Source: Blasia pusilla
Taxonomy: Eukaryota
Direction of reading: 5' to 3'
Assembly: GCA_050084515.1 (NCBI GenBank)
Contig: CM114271.1
Location: forward strand, 5,642,001-5,706,000
DNA length: 64,000 nt
Of this stretch, positions 1 through 12,720 are shown piece by piece. A program made the position numbers and the translations under genes. The notes beneath the pieces were generated by a model that did no database searches, was not told where the DNA came from, and saw only the letters and a list, made by a program, of their open reading frames with translations. Each line of letters starts with the position of its first letter. Positions within the stretch are counted from its first letter, which is position 1.

Positions 1-3000
1 TAGCCAAAGGAACTAGATATGGCTAAATGTTCAAATTAGATGTTTCTATGCTAGAGATTCAAACAATAATGTATGGTCAAACTCGCCAACTACTTACATA
101 TCTAAATGTGTAGCATAAGAGAATTAGACATATGAATCTTCAAAGATTACAGAGTCTCATCATGTAATCTAGTAATAGGATTTGCTAAATTAGCAAGTCC
201 TGCTACATTAGAGGTATGTCTTGCTTGCTAATTTGAAAAACAAGCTAGATTTCCATTTCGAAAGCAAGGTAGAAGAGCATCCAAGATATTGGAGTTGATT
301 CACAGTAATATATGGACAACATAGCGTTAGTGCTTTACAGTACTTTGTTTTATTTATTGATGACTTCTCTAGGTGTATATGGGTATATTTTTTGAAAGCC
401 AAGTGAAAGGTATTCTCAGGGTTCCAAACATTCAGAGCTCTAGTAGAGAAGCAAAGTGGAGAACACATTATGAAATTGCGTTTTAATGGAGGAGGAGAAT
501 ATTTCTCAATAGAGTTTGATGACTACTTACGTCAGAATGATATCCAACGTCAAGTAACTTGCCGTTATATTCCACAACAAAATAGAGAGGCTGAGAGGAA
601 GAATCGACATATTGCTGAGGCGGCACGAGCTATGCTGAATGAGAAGAACATGCCTAAGGTATATTGGGCAGAGGCTGTAGCGTGTATAGTCTTCTTAATC
701 AATCGAACTCCAACAACATGAATTCATGATAAGACTATATTCAAAGTCTTCACAGGAAGTAAACTTGATTTTTCCTTCCTAAAAGTATTTGATTATATTT
801 GTTATGCTCATGTTCCTTCTGAAAGACGTCAAAAATTAGACCCCGAATCTGAAAGATTTATATTGATTGGCTACGTTGATGGAACTAAGGAATACGAGTA
901 TTACATTCCATCTTCTAGGAAACTTATTATTAGTCGCGATGTTGTCTTTGATGAGCTAAAGTCATGGTATGCTCCATCTGAGCCTACTTCACCTCTAAAC
1001 TCGTCTGTTGAGGGGGATAATAGGACTGTAAACCAACAGACATTGTTTTCAAATTCCCCAAGTACTAATGCAGGATTAGGAGAGGTCCTAGATTCATCAG
1101 TTAAATCTGTGGGTCATGGACAGGAAGAGTATGTATTGAGTATGTTGACACTAGTCACAACTTAAGTCATGTGTCAGAGGCATCTACCTCTCAACAACAA
1201 CTTCGTAGATCAAGTAGAGTCACACATCATGTTGATAGATTCATAAATGAAGGTTTCCTTGCAACACATCATAGTAGTCATCATACATATATGATGACTA
1301 CCCTTTAAGAACATGAGCCAAGTTATTTTGAAGAAGTTACAAATAAAGTCGAATGGATTGAAGCTATGGAGGAAGAGTTTATTCCTTTTAGACATCAACA
1401 AACGTGAGAGTTGGTTGATATATCTTCCAATAAGGAAGCCATTGGTTGCAAATGGATTTACAAAATCAAGCGCAATCAAGATGTTACAACTAACATATAG
1501 AAAGTGAGATTGATGGCTAAGGGCTATGCATAACAATACGGCAACGATTATGAGGAAATATTTAGCCCTCTTGCAAAGATGGCGACTACGAGAACAGTGG
1601 TTCCTGTTGTAGAAAGTAAAAAGTGGGGATTACATTATATGGACGTCAAGAATGCCTTCTTGAATGGAAATCTATATGAGGAGGTATATATGACTTAACC
1701 ACTTGGATATGAGCATCCCAAGTTTCTATTTCGGGTATGTAGGTTTAAGAAAGCCGTATACGGGCTCTAACAAGCTCCAAGAGCTTGGTATGGCAAGATT
1801 ACATACATCCCACAAGAGTTGGGTTTTAGGGTAAGTGATTATGACTCCTCGTTATCTGTCTTTAAAGGACAAGATCATATGGTTATCATTGTGTTGTACT
1901 AAGCCCTCTTGATTATTGGGAGTACTAAGGATATGATACAACAACTCAAGCTAAAATTACATGCTGAATTTGATATAAAGGACATAGGAGAACTAAAGTA
2001 ATTCCTTGGTGTTGAGTTTATCAAAGTTGGAGAGAGCATGTGGTTATTACAACGATAATATGCTCTTCACATGCTTTGAAAATATGGTATGATGGCTTGT
2101 AAACCAATCTCTACACCGTTGGATCTAAGTGTGAAGCTAAGAGTGGATGAAGGAGAGTTGCTTGCAGATTCTAATATGTACAGGTGCATGGTTGGAAGTT
2201 TGATTTATCTAACTATAACCATGCCAGATTAGAGCTATGCAGTCAGCCTAGTAAGCCAATTTATGCAAGCATCTCAAAAATATCACCTTGATGTTGTGAG
2301 GAGGATTATACGGTATGTGAAATTCTCTATTCAATTCGGGCTTCAATTTGAACCTTCTCCGAGTTTACAATTACAAGGATTCATAGATGCTGATTGGGCA
2401 CGAAGCATATCTGATCGAGACTCCACATCTGGTTATTCATTTACTTTAGGAAGCGCAACTATAAGTTGGGCTTTAAAGAAGCAACCTACAATTGCTTTAT
2501 CTTCAACTGAGGCTGAATACAGAGGAGCAACCAATGCTGCATGTGAGGCGGTGTGGCTTCATCGATTACTTGTTTAGATTGGTGTTAGTAACTTAGGACC
2601 TACTGTAATATATGTAGACAATATTAGTAGCATCAAGCTTTCTAATAATCTTGTGTTTCATGCTGGTACAAAGCATGTTGAGATGCACTATCATTTTATC
2701 AGAGAGAAAATGCTTATAAGAGAAATTGATCTTGTGTATATAGGTACAAATCAGAAAATTGATGATATCTTTACAAAGGCATTATCTAGAGATAAGTTTG
2801 AGATGTTTAAAAATGATTTAGCCATTAGAAATATCGATATGAGCTTGAGGGGGAGTATTGAAGACTGAGTTACATTCAAGTTCATCAAACACCTAAAATG
2901 CTAGATTTGGTACTCACATGAAGTAGGGAAGCTTAATCTTGGTTAGTCAATTAAGCGCGATTATCTTAACTAGGGTTAGTTAATCACAATTAGTGTAACT

Positions 3001-3158
3001 CGAGACTTTAGTTAAGATTAGGATTAGGGTTGCTTGTGTATACCCTATATAATTAAGAAGAGTACTAGCCTCCACTCATTCTCCCATTGAAAAATTTTGT
3101 TCTCCATCGGGGTGTGTGAGTGTGAGAGCCATTTTCCACCAATTATGCTTCTTTAACA
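1..3158 (+). mobile_element. Degenerate Ty1/Copia LTR retrotransposon, 3' part (integrase, RT, RNase H, PPT, 3' LTR); 5' part is outside the window
   Basis: Integrase (GGEYFS..F, YIPQQNREAERKNRHIAEAARAML), SRDVVFDE, RT remnants (MDVKNAFLNG; LKKAVYGL*QAPRAW-like), RNase H (GFIDADWA, STSGY.F.LG, LSSTEAEY, TKHVEMHYHFIREK). Order INT-RT-RH is Copia. Many stops and frameshifts. Confidence 0.95.
2856..3158 (+). repeat. 3' LTR of the Copia element (~300 bp)
   Basis: Follows the polypurine tract GAGGGGGAG (2847-2855). Starts TATTGAAG and ends CTTTAACA, an imperfect TG...CA inverted terminus. TATA-like CTATATAA near 3045. Confidence 0.7.
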
Positions 3159-5411
3159 GTTTTCTACACCTTCAAGATGAAAGGTTTTTCGAAGATATCG
3201 AAGAACAAGGGAGCATCCAAGAGGGTCTAAAGTGAGGGTGAGTAGGACTAAGGAGAGTCCTTCACCCCGGTAGCAAAATAAGTGGAGGCCAAGTTTAAAA
3301 TTTTCTTGTAAATTTTAAAGTGTAGTAAGGTGCTCGTGCCATGCGGATGCAAGATATCAAAAACTACTTACTTCCCTATAACTCTGATATCATGTTCTTA
3401 AACCCTACCCCCTCTCTGCTCTCATTTGTCACTTTGCATCGTTCTCCCACTTTTCACTCTTATGTAGTTGTTGCTCGAGTCGTGAGTACTTTATGTAGCT
3501 TCTTGATTCAGGAAGCTATTTATGAATGTCCCCCAAGTACGGTGAAAACTCTTCGGCTAAGATGAAAAATTGGTTGTTTGACCCTCATTCTTCCTACCTT
3601 TCTTTGATCTACTAAAGATGCACGACTGCCTCTTCCACGAGCATCGACAACTTTTGTTCTCTTATTTTGCACTCTCGTGCTACTGCTGCTCAATTCCACA
3701 GTATAGGAGGATATAATTCTAAAAGAGCCAGAAAGAAACATAGTCTTCAAGCCAAGTCAAGGAAGATTTTAAAAGCTACAACATTATGAAGCAAATATAA
3801 AGTAACATTGGGTAGCAACATTGCAACAAGTGAGCAACAATATGAAGTTGTGAACATGATAGTTATACCTTCAAACCTCGGCATGGATTTATGCTTGCGC
3901 TCCTCACTCTTGTTTGGAAACATATGGTTTAAATACTAAGAAACAATCTATTTTCTTATATGCAACCCTAGTACTCCCCAATACACCGCCAAAATGGTTG
4001 CAGATCTTATACTCAGTCGATGATGCACATAAAATCGTGAAAACCAAAATCATAAAATTTGAATACAAAACACGTATCTAAGCTAGATATGCCCAAAATG
4101 ACACGTGCCAAGCAACGGGCTATTTGAAACCTGAGGAGGGCTTCTCCAACCTAAGTAAATATTTTGGCATTAGTTGATATGCAATGCTAGAATTGCTCAA
4201 AATTTACCAATTCAAGTCGTTAACGAGCCATCCTTCCACATAGTAGTGGCACATACATATAATGAACAATTTTAGGGAGGGTGGGATATGAAGTTAGAAG
4301 TAGGCTAGATATTTATGGCCCCAAATATTTTGGAATTTTTTAAATGAAAATTTGTAATTGTGCCATAATACCCTTTTAATCCGAGTATGCTCTCACACAT
4401 CCAACGTTCCTATAAATTTCTAGAGATAGATTTTTTTAAAAAAAATTTAAAAAATATTTTTAGATACAAATGCTTTATTGCCGGGAGAGGTGGGGAAAAG
4501 GACCGCACATGGTTAAGTCCACTTCCAACCCATCTCCTTTAGAATGGCCTTAAGAAAAACATGCTTTCCCATACAAGAACTCACGTGGATAAGTCCTTAA
4601 CCTAAAAAGCTAAGGACGCACGATGATGAAATAAAAGACAAATGTCAATCAATGCTCCTTATCAACCCAAAAAAATAGGGACTCGATCGAACCCATGTTA
4701 GAGACGTGTTAGACAATTATATGAAAATATGAAATGAAATTATATCCACCACGATAATGGAACCTTCAAACGTAAGCTCATTTGTGAATGCCACGCGTAA
4801 AACGTGTTGACAGAAAAAAAATTTCCCTCTGTTCACAATACACACGTGAGAAAGCCATACAAATAAATCATAATTAATACACGAAATCCCCTTATTCCAA
4901 CTCCTCTTCCACTAGAAATAAAACTTTCGAACTTGTTCTAAAAGGGCTCTACTAGAAGAACTACCACAAATCTATGGAAGTGAGTGCGATCTTCCATAGA
5001 ATTTATTAAAACTATGACCCCAAGCATCCCAAGTGTAAGAGAAACAAAATAAAAGGTTATTTCACTTTAGCACTATTCTCCACGAATATTCTCGACGGAG
5101 CTGTGAGGAAGAGATAAAGAGGCACTGCCATTTAATCTATTGAATTATGGCTCTTGCTTGAAGGTAACAAATTGTTGTGGGGTTCTTGCTGAATCTAGCG
5201 TTTTCAAGTTGGTTAGTTATCATCAAGTCACATCACTTTTCCCATGAGGTCACCATATTTAGTCCCCCCACAAAGTCTACTCCTTAGTAGCTTTTAGGGA
5301 AAAAAACATTTAGCACACAAACGTGGGTTGTTCAAGTGTTGACCGTTGAACTTTATATGATTAGGCGTCCTAGTTGATTTTCTCTATATCCATCGGGGCA
5401 AGCAGTCATCA

Positions 5412-5699
<288 letters not shown>

Positions 5700-8449
5700 C
5701 TAAAAACAATATTGTAGCAAAGTTCGGAATGACCTTCAACACACCCAGCTGCCAAACCGCGGGTGGTTCGTAATGGATCTACCAAGCATCTTTCACCTTC
5801 GGTCGCGAAAAATCCTGGGCGCACGCCCCAAAGGGCACGAGCTGATGGAGGACATAGTTTACGATCCTCGGCTTTAATCATGCCACTACGCATTTGATTA
5901 AGACATTGCATTCAATTTCAATTGGTTACGCTCGTCCACCAATTTACCAATGAAATTTTCTAAAGGAAGTCCGACCCATTACACTAATTTGAAAAATAAA
6001 ATAAATTTTTTTTTCCAATTACTATTATATTTCTAAAGTTTGTGATTTAATTTTTATTTTAAATTTATCAATAATATTTAAATAAGATTTAGTTTTAAGG
6101 GGGGAAGAAAAAGAAGGAAAGTGATTGATTTTCAAAAGGGGAAAATTTCTTATAAGGTTTCCTTCTTTTTTTTTAATCTCAAATTTTCACTAGGAGATGG
6201 AAAGAAAATTAAGGATAAATTTCCCATTTTAGTGGGCAAGACAGATTCATGACTTTCCGAAAAAAGGGACTTGCCTATGAGAATTTTATTGTAAATGTTT
6301 AATTTTTAATATGAGAGGGGAGGATAAATAAGGAATAAATTTTCAATAGTGTGTTCGAGGAGGTGAAGACAGAAAGAGATAAATTCAACGAAAGATGGGC
6401 CATGTAATATTTTTTAATATTACAAATTTAATTAGAAAGGGTGAAAAAGATGAAAATTTTTCAACAAGAGAGGATTTCTTAAAAAGGAGAGTAAAAAGTT
6501 AAGTTTTCAATAGCCTAAGGGAATAAGGGAGATAGGATGTTTGGATAGGAGTAACAAGTGGCCTTACTCCCATTTTTGTGCATATTCATCTTGTTGTTCA
6601 AATTCACACAACAATCACAAAGGAAGATTTGCACACACATAAGAAAAGAAAACTTTTGCACGCCTATACCAAGACCAGATACCAATAAAATAAAAGTGAA
6701 AAATTTCCACACATGCAACCATATTCTTGAAAGTAAACATGATCATCAAGTCACATCCATCCTTCATAAAAGAATACAAAATCTAACATTGTTACAATGT
6801 ACCTTCTGCCAAATTGAGGAAATCCTAAAGCAAGACGTGTTGCAAAGGCTTAACATGAGCCATCTCCTCAACTGCGCACACAACTTACATATAAGAATTG
6901 ATTAGGTCAATATGTCATAGTGTCACTTGACCCATAATAGAAAAATATAAAGTTTGTTGGAAATGTCAATCTTGATGCAACAGAGTTATAATCCTACAAT
7001 TAATCTTATCCGATGATTCAAGACAAAGATATAGCCAAACATCCCGCTAATCTCCTACATGGTTAGATTAGAAATCTAATCATTGACTAACTATGATATC
7101 AATATCACTAATATGACATGACCCCCTCCATTCCTTGGGAAAGTGAATGATCGACCCTCTCCATCTCTCTTTGAAGGAATGAGGAATAGAAAGAAATAGA
7201 AGCTATCTCTATCCTCCCATCTCCATTCCTACCCTTTTCGAAGGGATTGAGATAGATAATAGGGAAGGAGACTTAGAAGACACAAAGAGGATAGAGACTT
7301 AGAAGAAGTCCTCCTTTGCCAACTCCTTCCCTCTTTCCCAAAGGATGAAGATGGATGAGCCCTCTTCATAAGAAAGGATCCATGCAACGTGCATTGTACA
7401 AGAAAAAAAGTATTAGTTACCTAGGATGAATCAAATGCAATTGTATCCTTTTTTGACTCTCTAGATATTTTGAGTTGTTAGTTCGACTACATTCACCATT
7501 GTATAACGCTATGACTCATTGGTAAGAATTTGCATTTACCTTACATCCATCCACCTCGGATTAATGGCTCCTAGTGGTGAAACATTGAAGCATCTATGGG
7601 TTAGAGAGATAAAGCTCTTTAGTGGCATGCACTAGTCATTCCTTTAAAGCACCCACATGTACCTCTGGCTATTTGAACTAAACCTCCTTTCCCCTCCTCA
7701 ATAATCAGGTTTCCCACCACTACCCACACTAGACTTCAAGGGTGGTCAAAAACTTTTACTAGAACCATAATTGGACCGTCCTATAAGAATCTATTGTGGA
7801 TGGAGTATTGTAAGTAAGGCGTCACTAAAGCAAGAAAATTAAGGAGAGGGATGGTCTAGCAAGGAAGCCTTAAGGAGGGGGCCACTTAAGCAAATACCTG
7901 TAAATTGCGGCATGGCGGTTCTTAATCTTCTCAAATATGGAGTGGAACCCGGTGGCCCTCCTTACCAATAACAAGTGATAACAATGGACCCGCTCAAGAT
8001 TAAGTACTTATTTATTTGTCCATCAAATGGGGTGATTATTTTATTTGAATCAAAATCTTTTCCAAGTTTCAAAACTTCTAATATGATAAGAACTGCAAAT
8101 TTTCCACTTGTGTTAGCACATTTTGCAGAATTTGAAGGGGACGAGTATAGAAAGGTGAAATGTAAATATAAAAAAACACTTCCGGACAAGCTTTTGCTCT
8201 ATGGAAGTGGGTTGATGGAAGGAAGGCCATTGTAAAAGCAATAGTAAAGTATATATGTGATACAAAAATTAACTAATGGGTTAATTCACGATGGGCAATT
8301 TGAATTACCCGTCAATTACCTTACTAACCTCCAAAGTTGACTAACCCCCATAATCGACTCGACTTAAAGGCATTAAGTAATGTGAGGAACACTCATGTAA
8401 ACAAAATGAGTGTGAAGAACTTATAGGCTGAAATTTCTAGATGTGAATG

Positions 8450-8695
8450 AATAATAATATTAGAAAGGGGGTCTCATAAACAAACATCTCGATTCGACTT
8501 TTGTCTAGTTTGTCTCTCCGTCTTGACACTTGTCCCCTCTACTAGTTTAGTTTCATATAACTAAATCAGATGAGAAGGAAAGTTTCTTTCTCTACTCGAC
8601 TTCTGTCTAGTTGGTCTCTCAATCTTTACACTTGTCCCCTCTCCAAGTTCAGTTCCATATAACTACATTAGATGAGAAGGAAAGCTTCTTTCCCT
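8450..8695. repeat. Dispersed repeat with an internal ~100-bp tandem duplication; an inverted copy lies at ~32920-33060
   Basis: TCGACTT.TGTCTAGTT.GTCTCTC...ACACTTGTCCCCTCT...ATATAACTA...GATGAGAAGGAAAG occurs twice (8493-8592, 8595-8693). Its reverse complement is at 32920-33060. Confidence 0.75.
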
Positions 8696-9091
8696 CGTGC
8701 CCGGACTGATCAGAGAAGTGTTTGGAAATGAACGTTTTGTAATATTATAGATACCATAAGAATCCACCTCAAATCATGTACTTCTCGATCAGGAAATTCA
8801 TGTCGTGAATTTCCTCATCGAGAAAATTCACGACATGAATCTTCCGGATAAATGGGTTTGTGTACTTCTCGATAAGTGGTGGACTAGCAAGTACAATTTC
8901 TGAATGGGAGGCGATTGCGTTGCAGATTCTGAAGCGTGTTTTGGAAGGAGGGGCAATTGAGTCGAACTTTGTTGACAAGTTAGTTCCACAAGTCTGAGCA
9001 AGAGGTCGAGAGACCTATTCGGCCACACCCTGCGGACTTTCATGATGAGCTTCCTTTTCATCTCTATCCCTTGGCAGCCACGAAGATCATG

Positions 9092-11347
9092 TCATCTCGC
9101 AGGGTTTAAAGTACTGAGCTCCATGCAAGGGGCTTCGATGTCATGAATGCGAGCCCGAAGAGTCTGCACTTCTTCCTGCACACTCTGCCAAAACCGCATC
9201 TTCCGTTCAAAGGCCCCACAAGTCTTGTGAATCTCACAAAACGTTCCTTTGCCTCGACCCCCAACTCGTGCTGTCGCACTATAGCCATTCCTGTAGATTC
9301 CATCGAGAAAGTAATCGTTCGTGAACTGTCGGGATTCGGAAATGTTTTTGAAGGGGCCCTTGTAAGTGAAGGTTTCAATGGGGCCCCTGAGAAAGGCTTC
9401 CACTTCAGGGTGATCAGGAAATTGAGCTGCAGGCTGACACCAACAGAACAGGGGCTTCGATTGCATTTCAAGTGTGCAGATCCTGAAAATGGCCAGAGCT
9501 CTCATTGTTTTCTTCCCTGCTCTCGTTGCCATGGCCTCCTTCCAGAGGAGTATATCATCCATGACCACTTTTACGAGCACACTTTGTTTGGGCTGCTGCA
9601 GCATTGTTTGCACAAAAGCTTCCAATGGTGAGTCGTCTGGCAGTCGAAGCAAGATCGTCATGACTTTCGCAACAATATTGATGGAGTATTGGACTGATAG
9701 CGTCTGGAAAAAGTCCAGCAGTTCCTGCAGATTCTCGACAGCCTCGGGAGTTCTCCTTTCGAGTTGTACTGCCACCATATCCAGTGCCTTGGAATAGTTC
9801 CCCAGACATGCCATGTGCACTTTTCTGCTTTTTGGCCAGACCACAATCAATGCTCGATGATACCAATACTCCACTGTGGCCGCCTCCTCCCCATCGGGGA
9901 CTCGGTAGTCTTCTTCATCAGGACCTTGTAACATGTTGAAGATATCTTCGTCTTCTCTCTTCATCACTTCGGTCTTCAAGTTGATGTGAATGTCGTAATC
10001 CACCGATTCATCTTCATCATTCACCCAGTTATCGGCCTCGATGATCTGCTCCAGGACTTCTCCCATCTCGTGATGTTCATACCCATCTTTCCAAGCTGGA
10101 TGAGAACGAACCCCAGCTGTCTCCTGGTGGCGGCTTGATTGAGCGGTAGAGCCAGCAGCTTCTTCACCCTTGTGATACTTGGTCAAGATGCACAGATGGA
10201 GCTCCAGAGAGTAGTGCTTGCCATTGAGACTCCCGCTGTTGCAGTTTCTCAGAAGGTCTGCGACGATTCTGTCATTCCCCTTTAATGCAGAGAACGAAAG
10301 TCTGTCAGGTGCATAGCTGTGCTCAAGCGGAAACGCCAGCTTCGTTGGCGCTCCAGCACTGCCTCTCTTGAGATCATCGAGCCAAGGTCGGAGCTTCTCT
10401 TCCAGTTTTGGCAACGTTGCAGAGAAGCTGTCGATGTTTTGAATTGTTACAGGAACGATCCAACTTTCGAGATTGCGAACCAGATCGAATACCAGACATA
10501 GTCTGGTGCCTTGAGTAATGTCCTTCATCTTGTGCTCACAATCTCCGAAGAATGCTGCGTAGTAAAAGCTCTGAGAGCTCTGTTCGCTGAGGTGGATCGT
10601 CCTTGTTTTCCCACGATGACGAAACACGAGAGCTCCCCCTACAAAACCTGATTGGGTTGGCAGTTGTAACACCAAGGTGGCGAAAACCCCAGGCTCCTTC
10701 ACCCTGTTTCGATGGAACTTCAAATGTGCCTCAGCCTCAAAAAGAAGCAACTTCTGTAGCTTCGCCTGCAACTTTAAAACCACTGGATATTGACCCAACT
10801 TATAAGCAGCACGATTGGCAATCTGCAGAACAGTCTTGGTCAGAAACTCTGGATTCTCAGGAAATGTGACTTTAGACCCATCCACCTCCCAAGCTCTGCA
10901 GATGCCAGTGCTGTCGCCAGTCTCAACACCATTATCATAGCAGGCTCGTGCTGAAATGCGACGAAGCTTGCGCACACCATCCCCTGGAAGAGGTAAGGAC
11001 ACCTCCATACCTTGGACGTTCATGGAGGCTGGGAGCTGAGCAATGGTTGTTGGGTTTGTGATCTTCCTGCCATACGCATGAGAGTTATGTGCTTCCATAT
11101 TGCACTTTTCATCGTCTTCACTCGAGACGTTCTCGTCCAAATGTGCACCAGTGCTGGCTTGAATGTTACTTACTGCAGAGTACTCAGAGTCTCCACTGGA
11201 CATTTCAGAGTCGCTTGACTGATTCCCAGAAGCACTTGAATTCTCTTCGGAATCTATTGCTTCCAAGTCACTCCACTCATCTTCGGACAGTATAATGCCA
11301 TGATTCCACAATGGCTCCAACAATTCCTTAGCACCTTTGAACCCCAT
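9092..11347 (-). CDS. Intronless 751-aa protein with a 2OG-Fe(II) oxygenase-like (prolyl-hydroxylase-fold) domain, acidic low-complexity N-terminus and conserved C-terminal domain
   Basis: Long ORF with LQKLLLFE..AHLKFHRN..KEPGVFATLVLQLP..FVGGALVFRH, YAAFFGDCEH...ITQGTRLCLVFDL, LEHSY...LSFSALKGND, YHRALIVVWP and WCQP.A.FPDHPEVEAFLRGP. These match my recollection of an uncharacterised oxygenase family seen in bacteria, fungi and oomycetes. Confidence 0.85.
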   Translation of the reverse strand: MGFKGAKELLEPLWNHGIILSEDEWSDLEAIDSEENSSASGNQSSDSEMSSGDSEYSAVSNIQASTGAHLDENVSSEDDEKCNMEAHNSHAYGRKITNPTTIAQLPASMNVQGMEVSLPLPGDGVRKLRRISARACYDNGVETGDSTGICRAWEVDGSKVTFPENPEFLTKTVLQIANRAAYKLGQYPVVLKLQAKLQKLLLFEAEAHLKFHRNRVKEPGVFATLVLQLPTQSGFVGGALVFRHRGKTRTIHLSEQSSQSFYYAAFFGDCEHKMKDITQGTRLCLVFDLVRNLESWIVPVTIQNIDSFSATLPKLEEKLRPWLDDLKRGSAGAPTKLAFPLEHSYAPDRLSFSALKGNDRIVADLLRNCNSGSLNGKHYSLELHLCILTKYHKGEEAAGSTAQSSRHQETAGVRSHPAWKDGYEHHEMGEVLEQIIEADNWVNDEDESVDYDIHINLKTEVMKREDEDIFNMLQGPDEEDYRVPDGEEAATVEYWYHRALIVVWPKSRKVHMACLGNYSKALDMVAVQLERRTPEAVENLQELLDFFQTLSVQYSINIVAKVMTILLRLPDDSPLEAFVQTMLQQPKQSVLVKVVMDDILLWKEAMATRAGKKTMRALAIFRICTLEMQSKPLFCWCQPAAQFPDHPEVEAFLRGPIETFTYKGPFKNISESRQFTNDYFLDGIYRNGYSATARVGGRGKGTFCEIHKTCGAFERKMRFWQSVQEEVQTLRARIHDIEAPCMELSTLNPAR

Positions 11348-11849
11348 CTTTCTTCACGACGTCAACTCAATGACTCCGGGTCCGTCTGACACGATTTCAC
11401 TCTCAGTAACTCGAAAACCCAACAACCTCATAACCACCAAACACTTTCCAGAGACGAACTCTGCCCAAAATGTCGTCTCTCTCCATCATCCTCCTGCCAC
11501 TCAAATTCGATCACAATGAGAAACCCAAAACCTGGTCAGCTCCATCAATTCACCTCATGATCCTCTGAGTGCTTTCCAGCTCCACTCTGAAGCTTCGAAA
11601 GAGTGCGACCCAGAGTCAGCTCTGTTGACAGATGGGGACAAGCAAAAACGTGCAAGTTCCATGACGTTTTGAAGCATCACAGGGAAACGATAAACACTGG
11701 GTAAATCGGAGGAGGATCTTGTACCCAGCACATTTGCGCGTCGAATTCTTAGAAACACCATTTACTAGATCCCTCAAAAGGACTCAACCTTCTACGAGAT
11801 TGGTTGGATCGAAGTCATCCACTTCGGAGGAAAAAGGAAATAATTAACT

Positions 11850-12720
11850 CCTCAAGAATTGGAGGAATGACTTCATTTGAGAGGTCTTACACCCCTACTC
11901 CACACGGCAGACTTCACTGCGGTCTCAAGCTCTTGACTTCACTTGATCCAAAAGAAAGCGACTCATGAACCTCGAGAATCGAGGATACAATCTCTTTTGA
12001 AAGGGCTGAAGCTCCAACTAGACTGTAGCCTTCGCTACAGTCCCAACCTCCTGACTGCATTGGATACAGATTCTACTCCAGAGGACTAAGGATGACAATA
12101 CTCAAACCTATCAAGGATCGGGAACATGAAGTCATTTGAAAGGTCTCAAACTTGGACTCCAGAGAGTAGTCATTCACTGCAGTCAGAAGCTCCTGATGAC
12201 ACTGGATGCAGATCCGTCTACTCCAGGGGACACATGATGACAATTCCGACCTCTCAAGAATCGAGAACATGAACTCATTTGAAAGCTCTGAAACACCTAC
12301 TCCAGACAATAGTATTCACTCCAGTCTCAAACAGTCTCACTGCACTGGATACAATTCCGTCCAAACCAAAAGACAAAGGAAAACAATTGCCACCTTTCAA
12401 GAACCGAGTACATAAATCTCATTTGAAAGCTCTAAAACTCCTACTCCAGACTTTAGCCTACGCTTCAGTCTCTGAATTTCGACTGTACCAAAATCCGTCC
12501 GCTCAAGACTGCCGGCAAAGGAACACACTTACACCTCTCAAGAATCGACCACACTCTCCCAAGCCCAAAGTCTAACACCTCCTCCACAGTTCCACTCCAG
12601 TCTCAAGACTCTCACTGGATCCAAATCCTCCACACTCCACAGCAGAATGATGGGAAAACAGTTCTCACCTCTCAAGAATCCAAATCCTCTCATTCCAGAG
12701 CTCCCACACTCCTTCACAAA
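11850..12720. repeat. Degenerate tandem array of ~7 units of ~120-145 bp, upstream of the oxygenase gene
   Basis: Recurring CTCAAGAATCGA...CATTTGAAAG.TCT...CTACTCCAGA...TTCACT.CAGTCTCAA...CACTGGATAC/CC, with units starting near 11851, 11971, 12111, 12253, 12397, 12537 and 12671. Confidence 0.8.

Noticed and set aside
3321-3362. Degenerate Helitron 3' end on the minus strand, similar to 13949/14368
   Set aside because: CTAG and hairpin are too degraded, and no associated body was recognised.
4480-4720. tRNA-derived SINE or tRNA (minus-strand GGGTTCGATC B-box-like)
   Set aside because: No A-box, cloverleaf or TSD found.
6500-8270. Possible LINE ORF1 or transposase remnants
   Set aside because: No diagnostic motif could be read with confidence.
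9106-11295. Several short ORFs overlapping the oxygenase CDS
   Set aside because: Shadow ORFs of a real coding sequence.
11850-12720. CRISPR-like repeat-spacer array
   Set aside because: Whole units are homologous and degenerate, with no unique spacers or cas genes, in a eukaryotic context.
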